Assembly: GCA_964430225.1 (NCBI GenBank) | Contig: CAYSFE010000001.1 | Coordinates: 11,820-75,819 of the forward strand | Source of the DNA: an uncultured Candidatus Saccharibacteria bacterium | GTDB taxonomy: Bacteria > Patescibacteriota > Dojkabacteria > GCA-016699595 > JBAXKR01 | Reading direction: 5' to 3' | DNA: 64,000 nucleotides | Part shown: positions 1-7,818 of the stretch, in pieces | Layout of the letters: each line of letters opens with the position of its first letter | How positions within the stretch are numbered: position 1 is the stretch's first letter | Translations under genes and position numbers: made by a program | Notes under the pieces: model-generated | Seen by the model: the letters and a program-made list of their open reading frames with translations, nothing else | The model's database searches: none | What the model was told of the DNA's origin: nothing

Positions 1-10
1 AGTCACAAGC

Positions 11-1057
11 ATGATATTTTGGGGACCTCCTGCCTCAGGAAAAACTACTCTAGCACATATCATCTCTAAAACTATTAAAGCTGACTTCATAAAGATATCT
101 GCTGTCATTGACGGAAAAGAAAAACTTAAAGAAGTGCTAGATACGGCTAAGATAAATAGAGAAAAGGGGATACTTACAATTCTTTTCATTGATGAAATTC
201 ATAGGTGGAGTAAAGCACAACAAGATGCACTCTTACCATTTGTAGAAAATGGAGATATTACCCTAATTGGAGCTACTACTGAGAATCCATCTTTCACAGT
301 AATCTCTCCACTACTTTCTAGAAGCAGAGTATTTGTATTTGAACCACATTCTAAAGAAAATATTGAAATAGCTTTAAAGAAAGGGACTAAAGAATTAAAG
401 ATTAAAGTTAAAGATGAAGATACAAAATATTTAGCAGATATTTCTAATGGTGATATTCGCTTTGCTCTTAATACTCTTGAGATAGCTTCACAGATTAGTA
501 AGAAAATAACAAAAGAGGATTTAGAAAGTGCAGCTCAAAAGTTTCTAAGATACGATAAGAATGGGGAAGAACACTATAATATAATATCGGCAGTTCATAA
601 GAGTATGAGATCTTCTAATCCATCAGCTTCAGTATATTGGATTATGAGAATGTTAGACTCAGGAGAAGACCCTCTATATATTGCGCGTAGATTACTTCGC
701 TTTGCCTCTGAAGATATTGGGAATGCTAATCCAAATGCTTTGCTACTTGCTAATCAGGTATTTCAAGCATGTCAAAACTTAGGTATGCCAGAATGTACTA
801 CAGCATTAGCACAACTAGCAGAGTTCTTAGCAAAATCCCCTAAGAATAACGCTTCATATGTGGCTGTGAATAAAGCTCGTGAGGATATTAAGAAATATGG
901 TAACTTAGCTGTTCCACTTCATCTTAGAAATGCTCCTACAAAACTCATGAAAGAATTAGATTATGGAAAAGGGTATCAATATGACCATGATCTAGAAAGT
1001 AAGAAATCAGATCAACAATGTTTTCCTGATGAATTAAAAGACAGAAAATATTTCTAA
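11..1057 (+). CDS. rarA: Replication-associated recombination protein A (RarA/MgsA AAA+ ATPase), probably 5'-truncated by the window edge
   Basis: Walker A GPPASGKTT, Walker B LFIDEIHR, GATTENP, MgsA C-terminal motifs SAVHKSMR, ASEDIGNA, VPLHLRNAPT; frame is open upstream of nt 11. Confidence 0.93.
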   Translation: MIFWGPPASGKTTLAHIISKTIKADFIKISAVIDGKEKLKEVLDTAKINREKGILTILFIDEIHRWSKAQQDALLPFVENGDITLIGATTENPSFTVISPLLSRSRVFVFEPHSKENIEIALKKGTKELKIKVKDEDTKYLADISNGDIRFALNTLEIASQISKKITKEDLESAAQKFLRYDKNGEEHYNIISAVHKSMRSSNPSASVYWIMRMLDSGEDPLYIARRLLRFASEDIGNANPNALLLANQVFQACQNLGMPECTTALAQLAEFLAKSPKNNASYVAVNKAREDIKKYGNLAVPLHLRNAPTKLMKELDYGKGYQYDHDLESKKSDQQCFPDELKDRKYF

Positions 1058-1094
1058 CTTTCTCATTGCTCAAAATATATTTTATGGTGTACAA

Positions 1095-1121
1095 TTAGCA
1101 CACTTTACTTTTGATTGCTAA
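1095..1121 (+). promoter_or_regulatory. CIRCE element (HrcA operator) upstream of clpP
   Basis: TTAGCACAC-N9-GATTGCTAA vs consensus TTAGCACTC-N9-GAGTGCTAA (2 mismatches); ends 3 nt before the clpP ATG. Confidence 0.85.
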
Positions 1122-1124
1122 TAT

Positions 1125-1736
1125 ATGAAGAACTTAAGATCAGAATCTATACTAATTCCATCAGTTATTGAAAAGACTAGAGATGGAGAAAGATCATATG
1201 ATATATATTCTAGACTTTTAAAAGATAGAATCATATTTGTAGAAGGCCAAGTAAATGATCAAATGGCTAATGCCATAATTGCTCAAATGCTTTTCTTACA
1301 AAAAGAAGCTCCTAACAAAGATATTACTATGTACATTAATACTCCTGGAGGATCTGTTAATGCAGGTCTTGCTATCGTAGATACCATGAATTTAATCTCT
1401 TGTGATGTTTCAACAGTAGCTGTAGGTATGGCAGCTTCAATGGGAGCTATTATTCTTACAGCAGGAACTAAAGGTAAAAGATACGCTCTTCCTAACTCAT
1501 CTATCCTTATTCACCAACCTATTGGGGGAACAGAAGGACAAGCATCAGATATTGAAATAGAGGCTAGAGAGATACTTAGAATTAAAGATGTCTTAATGAC
1601 ATTCTTAGCTGAAAGATCAGGACAAACAAAAACAAAGATAATAAAAGACTCTGATAGAAACTATTGGATGACAGCAGACCTAGCAAAAAACTATGGTTTA
1701 ATAGATAAAGTATTATACTCAAGTAAGAAGAAATAA
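1125..1736 (+). CDS. clpP: ATP-dependent Clp protease proteolytic subunit
   Basis: [22 protein letters not shown], catalytic Ser in AASMGA, His in IHQP, DRNYWM. Confidence 0.97.
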   Translation: MKNLRSESILIPSVIEKTRDGERSYDIYSRLLKDRIIFVEGQVNDQMANAIIAQMLFLQKEAPNKDITMYINTPGGSVNAGLAIVDTMNLISCDVSTVAVGMAASMGAIILTAGTKGKRYALPNSSILIHQPIGGTEGQASDIEIEAREILRIKDVLMTFLAERSGQTKTKIIKDSDRNYWMTADLAKNYGLIDKVLYSSKKK

Positions 1737-2417
1737 ATGACTGAATTCCCAATCTCAGAAATTGCATCGCCTCAGAAATGCATAGACATATTTCGTGGCA
1801 AGGTAGAATCTTTACTTGATTCTATTCCTAAACAACCAGCTAGTAACATCACTATAAATTTCTCGAATGGAGAACAAGACTTTTCATTAGATGAAAGAAT
1901 ATGTGTACTTGAAATAAACATGGCTGTAGGTCCCGAAGAAGACAAACAATTAGAAACAGCGGGATTCTTTGACTCTTTAAACAGCTATATTGGAGAATTA
2001 TCAGCCAAAATGAAACACAGTGAAAAAAGTACAGTAACTGGTTCAAAAATATATAGACAAATAGTTATTGAATTTACACCTTTCGAATCAAGTCCATTAA
2101 TGAGGGCATATGATTTTGAAGATGATTTTAAAGAATATATAACCGGGAGATATTATTCTCCTCAACAAGCCATTATTGAGCAAAATAGATCTACAACAGA
2201 ACTTTCCGAGTCACAAGAGGGTTGCTTTGTAATATCAGGTCAAGTTGGTCTAGATTCTGAAAGTGAAGTAGCAGAAATACAAACATTCAGAGATTTAGAT
2301 AGAGAAAAAAGTGCAATTATTAGTGATTTAGGTGAGTTAGCAAGTAGATACAGGGCAAAATTAGATTTCGTATATCATCAGCCTTCTGTTATATGTTTTG
2401 AAGTTATTTTTAGATAA
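1737..2417 (+). CDS. Hypothetical protein directly abutting clpP
   Basis: 226-aa ORF starting immediately after the clpP stop; no recognised motif. Confidence 0.6.
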   Translation: MTEFPISEIASPQKCIDIFRGKVESLLDSIPKQPASNITINFSNGEQDFSLDERICVLEINMAVGPEEDKQLETAGFFDSLNSYIGELSAKMKHSEKSTVTGSKIYRQIVIEFTPFESSPLMRAYDFEDDFKEYITGRYYSPQQAIIEQNRSTTELSESQEGCFVISGQVGLDSESEVAEIQTFRDLDREKSAIISDLGELASRYRAKLDFVYHQPSVICFEVIFR

Positions 2418-2450
2418 CTCAATTTATAAATATTGTATAATTAATCACCT

Positions 2451-2526
2451 GGACACTTAGCTCAGCTGGTAGAGCATACCCTTGACGTGGGTAGGGTCAG
2501 AGGTTCGAACCCTCTAGTGTCCACCA
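2451..2526 (+). tRNA. tRNA-Val (GAC)
   Basis: GGACACT/AGTGTCC acceptor stem, D arm AGCTCAGCTGGTAGAGC, anticodon arm TACCC-TTGACGT-GGGTA, GGTTCGAA T loop, encoded CCA. Confidence 0.96.
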
Positions 2527-2553
2527 AGTAAATATTAAAGTGAATCAAAAGAC

Positions 2554-3189
2554 ATGAAGATAACTAAATTTGGACATTGTTGTTTGTTAATAGAAGAGAA
2601 AGGAAAAAGAATTCTTACAGATCCTGGAAACTTCTCTAACTTACAAGACGATGTAAAGAATATTGATATTATTCTCATCACCCATGAACACCCTGATCAT
2701 ATCCATATAGAATCATTACAAAAGATACTAGAAAATAGTCCTAAAGCACTAATAGTTACAAACACAGCTACCTCCAAACTTTTAGTTCCCTTAAATATTA
2801 CTTTTGAAATCTTAGAAGATGGAAGTGAGAAAGAATTTTTAGGCATACAAATATCAGCACATGGAAAACTTCATGAAGAAGTATATTCTACAATTCCTAG
2901 AGTACAAAACACCGGTTTCTATATTTCAAATCGACTCTTTTACCCAGGAGATTCATTTACTATTCCAGGTTTTAATGTAGACATCTTAGCTCTTCCAGTA
3001 GCAGGTCCATGGGTAAAACTATCTGATTCAATTACATATGCTCTTAAAGTAAAACCAAGAATTAGTTTTCCAGTTCATGATGGAATGCTAATATCTGGTG
3101 GATCAGCACATGCATTACCAAATAAAATATTAAGTGAGAATGGAATAGAATTTAAAGTACTAGAGATTGGAAAAGAATATGAGTTTTAA
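2554..3189 (+). CDS. MBL-fold metallo-hydrolase
   Basis: GHCC..LTDPG, THEHPDH metal motif, YPGDS, PVHD. Confidence 0.9.
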   Translation: MKITKFGHCCLLIEEKGKRILTDPGNFSNLQDDVKNIDIILITHEHPDHIHIESLQKILENSPKALIVTNTATSKLLVPLNITFEILEDGSEKEFLGIQISAHGKLHEEVYSTIPRVQNTGFYISNRLFYPGDSFTIPGFNVDILALPVAGPWVKLSDSITYALKVKPRISFPVHDGMLISGGSAHALPNKILSENGIEFKVLEIGKEYEF

Positions 3190-3206
3190 TTATTATTTTC
3201 AAACAT

Positions 3207-3527
3207 ATGTCAGACAAATTAAAAAAGTTTATTCCACTAATGATCTTAGGTGGGATAATATTGTTAGGAATTGGAGCATACATAATTGCGAATAGGACAG
3301 GTATGCCTACAAAACTTGCTACAGAACCAGCTAATTTCTTTTTAGGCTTTTGGCATGGCTTAATAATAGTATTATCTTTGATAGCTAGTTTTTTTGACCA
3401 AAACATAGTTCTATATCAAGCAAATAACTCCGGAGCTCTATATAATGTTGGATATCTAAGTGGAATCTTAATATCTATTGGGTTATTCGGAGGAAATACA
3501 TATAAGAAAACCAATAATAAATCATAG
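3207..3527 (+). CDS. Small membrane protein
   Basis: Hydrophobic helices; GFWHGLI...Y...N.G..Y..G pattern of a conserved hypothetical family. Confidence 0.7.
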   Translation: MSDKLKKFIPLMILGGIILLGIGAYIIANRTGMPTKLATEPANFFLGFWHGLIIVLSLIASFFDQNIVLYQANNSGALYNVGYLSGILISIGLFGGNTYKKTNNKS

Positions 3528-3530
3528 TTT

Positions 3531-3559
3531 TTGAAAATATATTGTTTCTTTGATATCAT
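3531..3559 (+). promoter_or_regulatory. Sigma70-type promoter for the thrS leader
   Basis: TTGAAA(3531)-17 nt-TATCAT(3554) with extended -10 TG; ATG follows 5 nt later. Confidence 0.7.
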
Positions 3560-3564
3560 TCTTT

Positions 3565-3618
3565 ATGCAATTAAGAATTGTTACAACTACAACCACTACT
3601 ACTAGACCTACCTTGTAA
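3565..3618 (+). CDS. Thr-rich leader peptide MQLRIVTTTTTTTRPTL (thrS attenuator peptide)
   Basis: Seven consecutive Thr codons (ACA ACT ACA ACC ACT ACT ACT) plus one more; ends 104 nt upstream of thrS; overlaps hairpin CCTACCT-TGTA-AGGTAGG. Confidence 0.85.
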   Translation: MQLRIVTTTTTTTRPTL

Positions 3619-3722
3619 GGTAGGGAGTTTTGATTCTCTGTAATAAACTCTCGGTCAAATTCACAGAAAATAGTTTAAGTAATATGATATATATATAAAT
3701 ATTAAACATTAATAAACACACA

Positions 3723-5507
3723 ATGAAATCATATAAAGAACATGAAGAAGATAACAAACTAGTATCAGATATTGAAAAGAAAAGACATACATCAGCTCAT
3801 GTACTAGCACAAGCTGTACTTGAACTCTACCCTGGAGCAAAGCTTGGTATTGGACCAGCTATTGAGAATGGCTTTTACTATGACTTTGAACTTCCTAATA
3901 CATTAGGTATGGATGATCTTAAAGCGATTGAAGACAAAATGTATGAGATTAAAAAGAAAGATCTACCACTATCACAAAAATTCATAGAGAAGGAAGAAGC
4001 GTTAAATATGCTTAATATTAGTGGTCAAACATACAAAGCTGAACTACTACATGAAATACCAGATGAAAAGATTAGTTTCTTTTCTACAGGAGATCAATTC
4101 AGTGATATGTGTAAAGGTCCTCACGTAGAATCTACTGGTAAGATTGGAATCTTTAAACTTACAACTGTTGCTTCAGCATACTGGAGAGGAGATGAGAAGC
4201 GACCAGTACTTCAGCGTGTATACGGTGTTGAGTTTGATAGTGAAGAAGAATTAGATAATTATTTTGAGATGTTAGAAGAAGCTAAAAGAAGAGATCATAG
4301 AACTTTAGGTAAAGAGCTAGGTCTATTTCTATTCTCTGATATAGTTGGTAAAGGATTACCTCTTTGGACGGTAAAGGGAGCAACAATTAGACGTGAACTA
4401 GAAAGATTTATTGTTGATGAAGAGATAAAAAGAGGATATGAACATGTATATACTCCAGATATAGCTAAAATAGATCTATATAAAAAGTCAGGACATTACC
4501 CTTACTATAAAGACAGCATGTATGCTCCTATTACTATAGAAGAAGAAGAGTATATGTTAAGACCTATGACATGTCCTCATCACTTTCAAATATATGCTTC
4601 TCAAAAACGTAGCTATAGAGAACTACCTATGAGAATTGCAGAGCTTGCAAAGCTTTACAGATATGAGCAATCAGGAGAGCTATCAGGACTAATGAGAGTT
4701 AGAAGTTTCTGTTTGGCAGATGCACATATTATCGCTCAAAAAGAACAAGCTATTGATGAAATAAACAAAGCATTAGACTTAATAGAATTTGCTGCAGGTG
4801 TATTCGGACTTAAACCAAATGAAGACTATTCATATAGACTATCCTTAGGAGATAGAAAGAATGAAGAGAAATATTTTAAAGATGATAAAGCTTGGGACTA
4901 TGCTGAAGATCAGTTAAGAGAAGTTCTTAAAACTCGTTCTGTTAAGAGTGTAGAAGCACCAGCAGAAGCAGCTTTCTATGGACCTAAAATAGATATACAA
5001 ATGAGAAATATCTTAGGAAAAGAAGAAACAGCATTCACAGTTCAATATGATTTTGTAATGCCAAAAAGATTTGAACTTAAATTTACTAACGAAGAGGGAA
5101 ATGATGAAGAACCAATAGTAATCCATAGATCAAGTATCGGAGCAATAGAAAGAATCATAGCTCTATTAATAGAAAGATATGCAGGAGTATTCCCTCTATG
5201 GTTAAGTCCAGTACATGCAAAGATAATCCCAATAGGAGAAAAACATGTAGAGTATGCTAAAGGAGTACAATCAAAAATGAAGGAACTTGGTTTAAGAGTA
5301 GAGATAGATGTAAGACCTGAAAGAATGCAAGCAAAGATAAGAGATGCTCAAGTAGAAAAGATTCCTTACATGTTAGTAATAGGGGATAAAGAGATGGAAA
5401 ACGACTCTATTGCAGTACGTCCAAGAACAGGAAAAGATATGGGAATGATGAAAACTGATGACTTCATAAGAGAAGTTTTAGAGGAAATAAAAACTAAAAA
5501 GTTATGA
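3723..5507 (+). CDS. thrS: Threonine--tRNA ligase (no N-terminal TGS domain)
   Basis: RHTSAHVLAQAV editing domain, RDHRTLG, RPMTCPHH, AFYGPKID, HRSSIGAIER, anticodon-binding domain. Confidence 0.98.
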   Translation: MKSYKEHEEDNKLVSDIEKKRHTSAHVLAQAVLELYPGAKLGIGPAIENGFYYDFELPNTLGMDDLKAIEDKMYEIKKKDLPLSQKFIEKEEALNMLNISGQTYKAELLHEIPDEKISFFSTGDQFSDMCKGPHVESTGKIGIFKLTTVASAYWRGDEKRPVLQRVYGVEFDSEEELDNYFEMLEEAKRRDHRTLGKELGLFLFSDIVGKGLPLWTVKGATIRRELERFIVDEEIKRGYEHVYTPDIAKIDLYKKSGHYPYYKDSMYAPITIEEEEYMLRPMTCPHHFQIYASQKRSYRELPMRIAELAKLYRYEQSGELSGLMRVRSFCLADAHIIAQKEQAIDEINKALDLIEFAAGVFGLKPNEDYSYRLSLGDRKNEEKYFKDDKAWDYAEDQLREVLKTRSVKSVEAPAEAAFYGPKIDIQMRNILGKEETAFTVQYDFVMPKRFELKFTNEEGNDEEPIVIHRSSIGAIERIIALLIERYAGVFPLWLSPVHAKIIPIGEKHVEYAKGVQSKMKELGLRVEIDVRPERMQAKIRDAQVEKIPYMLVIGDKEMENDSIAVRPRTGKDMGMMKTDDFIREVLEEIKTKKL

Positions 5508-5551
5508 TATAATTATTTCATATATTTTAATCTCACTACTTAAAACAAAAT

Positions 5552-6181
5552 ATGTTTACTAACTCAGGAAGAAGCTTTGGAGGAAGATCAGGAGGATATA
5601 ATCCTAATTTTAAGAGACCTTTTAATTCTAGTTCACGACCACCATTCTTTAAAACAAGACAGCCTTACGTTAAGGTAGAAAATACTTATGGATTTAATAG
5701 AAATGAATTCATTAAAGCTACTGAGGTTAATGTCATAGACCCTAATGGGGTTAACCTTGGTTTAATGCCTACTGAAGTGGCTATTCAGAGAGCTCGTGAT
5801 GAGTTTGATCTAGATTTAGTTGAAGTAGCTCCTAATGCTAAACCCCCTGTATGTAAGATTACAGATTGGTCTAAGTTTAGATATGAGCAAAGCAAAAAAC
5901 ATAACCAAACATCTAAATCTATCGATATGAAGGGAATGTGGTTTTCTCCAGTTATTGGAGAAGGGGATTTAAACCATAAAGTGGAGAGAATATTAGAGTT
6001 TGTAAGTAAGAAACATCCAGTTAAAGTAGAGGTAAGATTCAAAGGTAGAATGAAGAGAGATCAGGTAATTATCACTATGAATAAGGTGATGGAGCTTCTT
6101 AAGGATCAAGTAAAAGTAGAAGCTTCACCTAAGTTTGAAGGAAGATCATATTCAACCATAGTTTACCCTATTAAAAAGTAG
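5552..6181 (+). CDS. infC: Translation initiation factor IF-3
   Basis: NEFIKATEVNVID, DLVEVAPNAKPPVCKI, VKVEVRFKGR; conserved position after thrS. Confidence 0.95.
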   Translation: MFTNSGRSFGGRSGGYNPNFKRPFNSSSRPPFFKTRQPYVKVENTYGFNRNEFIKATEVNVIDPNGVNLGLMPTEVAIQRARDEFDLDLVEVAPNAKPPVCKITDWSKFRYEQSKKHNQTSKSIDMKGMWFSPVIGEGDLNHKVERILEFVSKKHPVKVEVRFKGRMKRDQVIITMNKVMELLKDQVKVEASPKFEGRSYSTIVYPIKK

Positions 6182-6219
6182 TTGTTTAAGTTCATGTAGC
6201 TTTGATATAATCATCTCCT

Positions 6220-6420
6220 ATGAAACATAAGACCCACAAGGGACTAGCAAAAAGAATAAAGAAAATTGGTTCTAAAAAGAACGAGAAACTTGTTCACTAT
6301 CCACAAGGGGATTCACATCACTTAAGATCAAAGAAAAGTGCTAAAAGAAAGAACAGAATGAATACAATGAGTGTTATGGGTGGTAAGGTTCAAATCAAAT
6401 TAGTTAAAAGTTTAATATAA
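6220..6420 (+). CDS. rpmI: 50S ribosomal protein L35
   Basis: MKHKTHKGLAKRIK, HLRSKKS; between infC and rplT. Confidence 0.9.
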   Translation: MKHKTHKGLAKRIKKIGSKKNEKLVHYPQGDSHHLRSKKSAKRKNRMNTMSVMGGKVQIKLVKSLI

Positions 6421-6424
6421 TAAA

Positions 6425-6772
6425 ATGAGAGTAAAACGAGGAGTCACAGCACACGCTAAACATAAGAAGTTACTAAAACGAAATAAAGGATATACCTTAT
6501 CTTACTCAGGACTTGTAAAGAGAGCTAAAGAAGCAGCTTTACATTCAGGTGAATATTCTAAGAAACATAGAAGAGCAAGAACAGGACAATTCAGAAATGT
6601 ATGGATCACTAGAATCGCAGCAGGACTAATGGAATACGATATGAGATATTCCGACTTTATTAATCTCCTAAATAAGGCTAGTATTAAACTTAACAGGAAA
6701 GTAATGGCAGACTTAGCTTTGGATCATGCTAACGCCTTTAAAACTCTTGTTGAGACAGTAAAAACTAAGTAA
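6425..6772 (+). CDS. rplT: 50S ribosomal protein L20
   Basis: MRVKRGV, FRNVWITRI, LNRKVMADLA. Confidence 0.96.
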   Translation: MRVKRGVTAHAKHKKLLKRNKGYTLSYSGLVKRAKEAALHSGEYSKKHRRARTGQFRNVWITRIAAGLMEYDMRYSDFINLLNKASIKLNRKVMADLALDHANAFKTLVETVKTK

Positions 6773-6807
6773 ACTGAGTAAAGCTTTAAAGTTTAATAGC
6801 CTTAAAA

Positions 6808-7818
6808 ATGAATTACCAAACAGATATAGATGATATTTTATCAAGTCTTAAGACTTCTTTAGAAGCTTCTTCCGATATTGCTTCAATTAAGCTAGAATAC
6901 CTTGGGAGAAAAGGTAAGATAAACTCCTTAATGAGTAAGATTAAAGAAGTACCTGAAACTGAAAGAAAATCATTTGGTGAGAAAGTAAATGAAACAAAAT
7001 TAAAAGTTGAAGAATTAATCCTAAAAGCAGAAGAAGAAGGAAACAAGAAAAAGATAGAAGAAGAGAACAATACTTGGAGTGATGTAAGCGTAGTAATTCG
7101 TAAAGAGATGGGATCACTTCATCCAATTACCCAAACTAAATGGCTCATTGAAGATATATTCCAAAGAATGGGATTTGTAGTAGAGTATCCATTTGAAATA
7201 GATAGTACAGATAACAACTTCACATTCGTAAATATGCCACCATCTCACCCAGCACGTAGTAGTTGGGATACTTTTTTTACTGATGCTGGAGATGTACCAA
7301 TAGTACATACTTCATCTATGCAAAATAGGATATTAAAAGGAAGTAAACCACCAATATATGCAGTTGTACCTGGTAGATGTTTTAGAAATGAATCTACAGA
7401 CTCAAGGCATGAACATACCTTCACTCAGTTTGAAGGAATAGTCGTAGATAAAGGAATTAGATTTACAGATATGATTGGTGTTCTTAAAACTTTCTTTTCA
7501 GAATACTTTGAAAGAGATGTAGAAGTCATGGTAACACCAGATATGTTTCCATTTGTCGAACCTGGTGGAATGATATCCGTAAGATGGGAAGGACAATCAG
7601 AAGCAATTAAGAAAATAACTAAAGGTACAGGATGGTTAGAAATTATGGGGTGTGGAATGATCCATCCTAACGTTCTTTCTATGGGTAACATAGATCCAGA
7701 TGTATATTCAGGATTTGCTTTTGGAGGAGGAATAGAAAGACTACTATTAATAAAATATGGGATTGAGGATATCAGACTATTCGAGAAAGGAGATCTTAAG
7801 TTCTTACGTCAATTTTAA
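6808..7818 (+). CDS. pheS: Phenylalanine--tRNA ligase alpha subunit
   Basis: GSLHPI, HPARSSWDTF, HTSSMQ, FPFVEPG, WLEIMGCGMIHP, GFAFGGGIER. Confidence 0.97.
   Translation: MNYQTDIDDILSSLKTSLEASSDIASIKLEYLGRKGKINSLMSKIKEVPETERKSFGEKVNETKLKVEELILKAEEEGNKKKIEEENNTWSDVSVVIRKEMGSLHPITQTKWLIEDIFQRMGFVVEYPFEIDSTDNNFTFVNMPPSHPARSSWDTFFTDAGDVPIVHTSSMQNRILKGSKPPIYAVVPGRCFRNESTDSRHEHTFTQFEGIVVDKGIRFTDMIGVLKTFFSEYFERDVEVMVTPDMFPFVEPGGMISVRWEGQSEAIKKITKGTGWLEIMGCGMIHPNVLSMGNIDPDVYSGFAFGGGIERLLLIKYGIEDIRLFEKGDLKFLRQF

Noticed and set aside
3723-5507. Alternative genetic code 25 (TGA=Gly) as in Gracilibacteria/Absconditabacteria
   Set aside because: Long conserved genes are uninterrupted under code 11 and thrS ends at TGA at the expected position.
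6773-6807. pheM-like Phe leader before pheS
   Set aside because: Only 35 nt with no Phe-rich ORF or hairpin.
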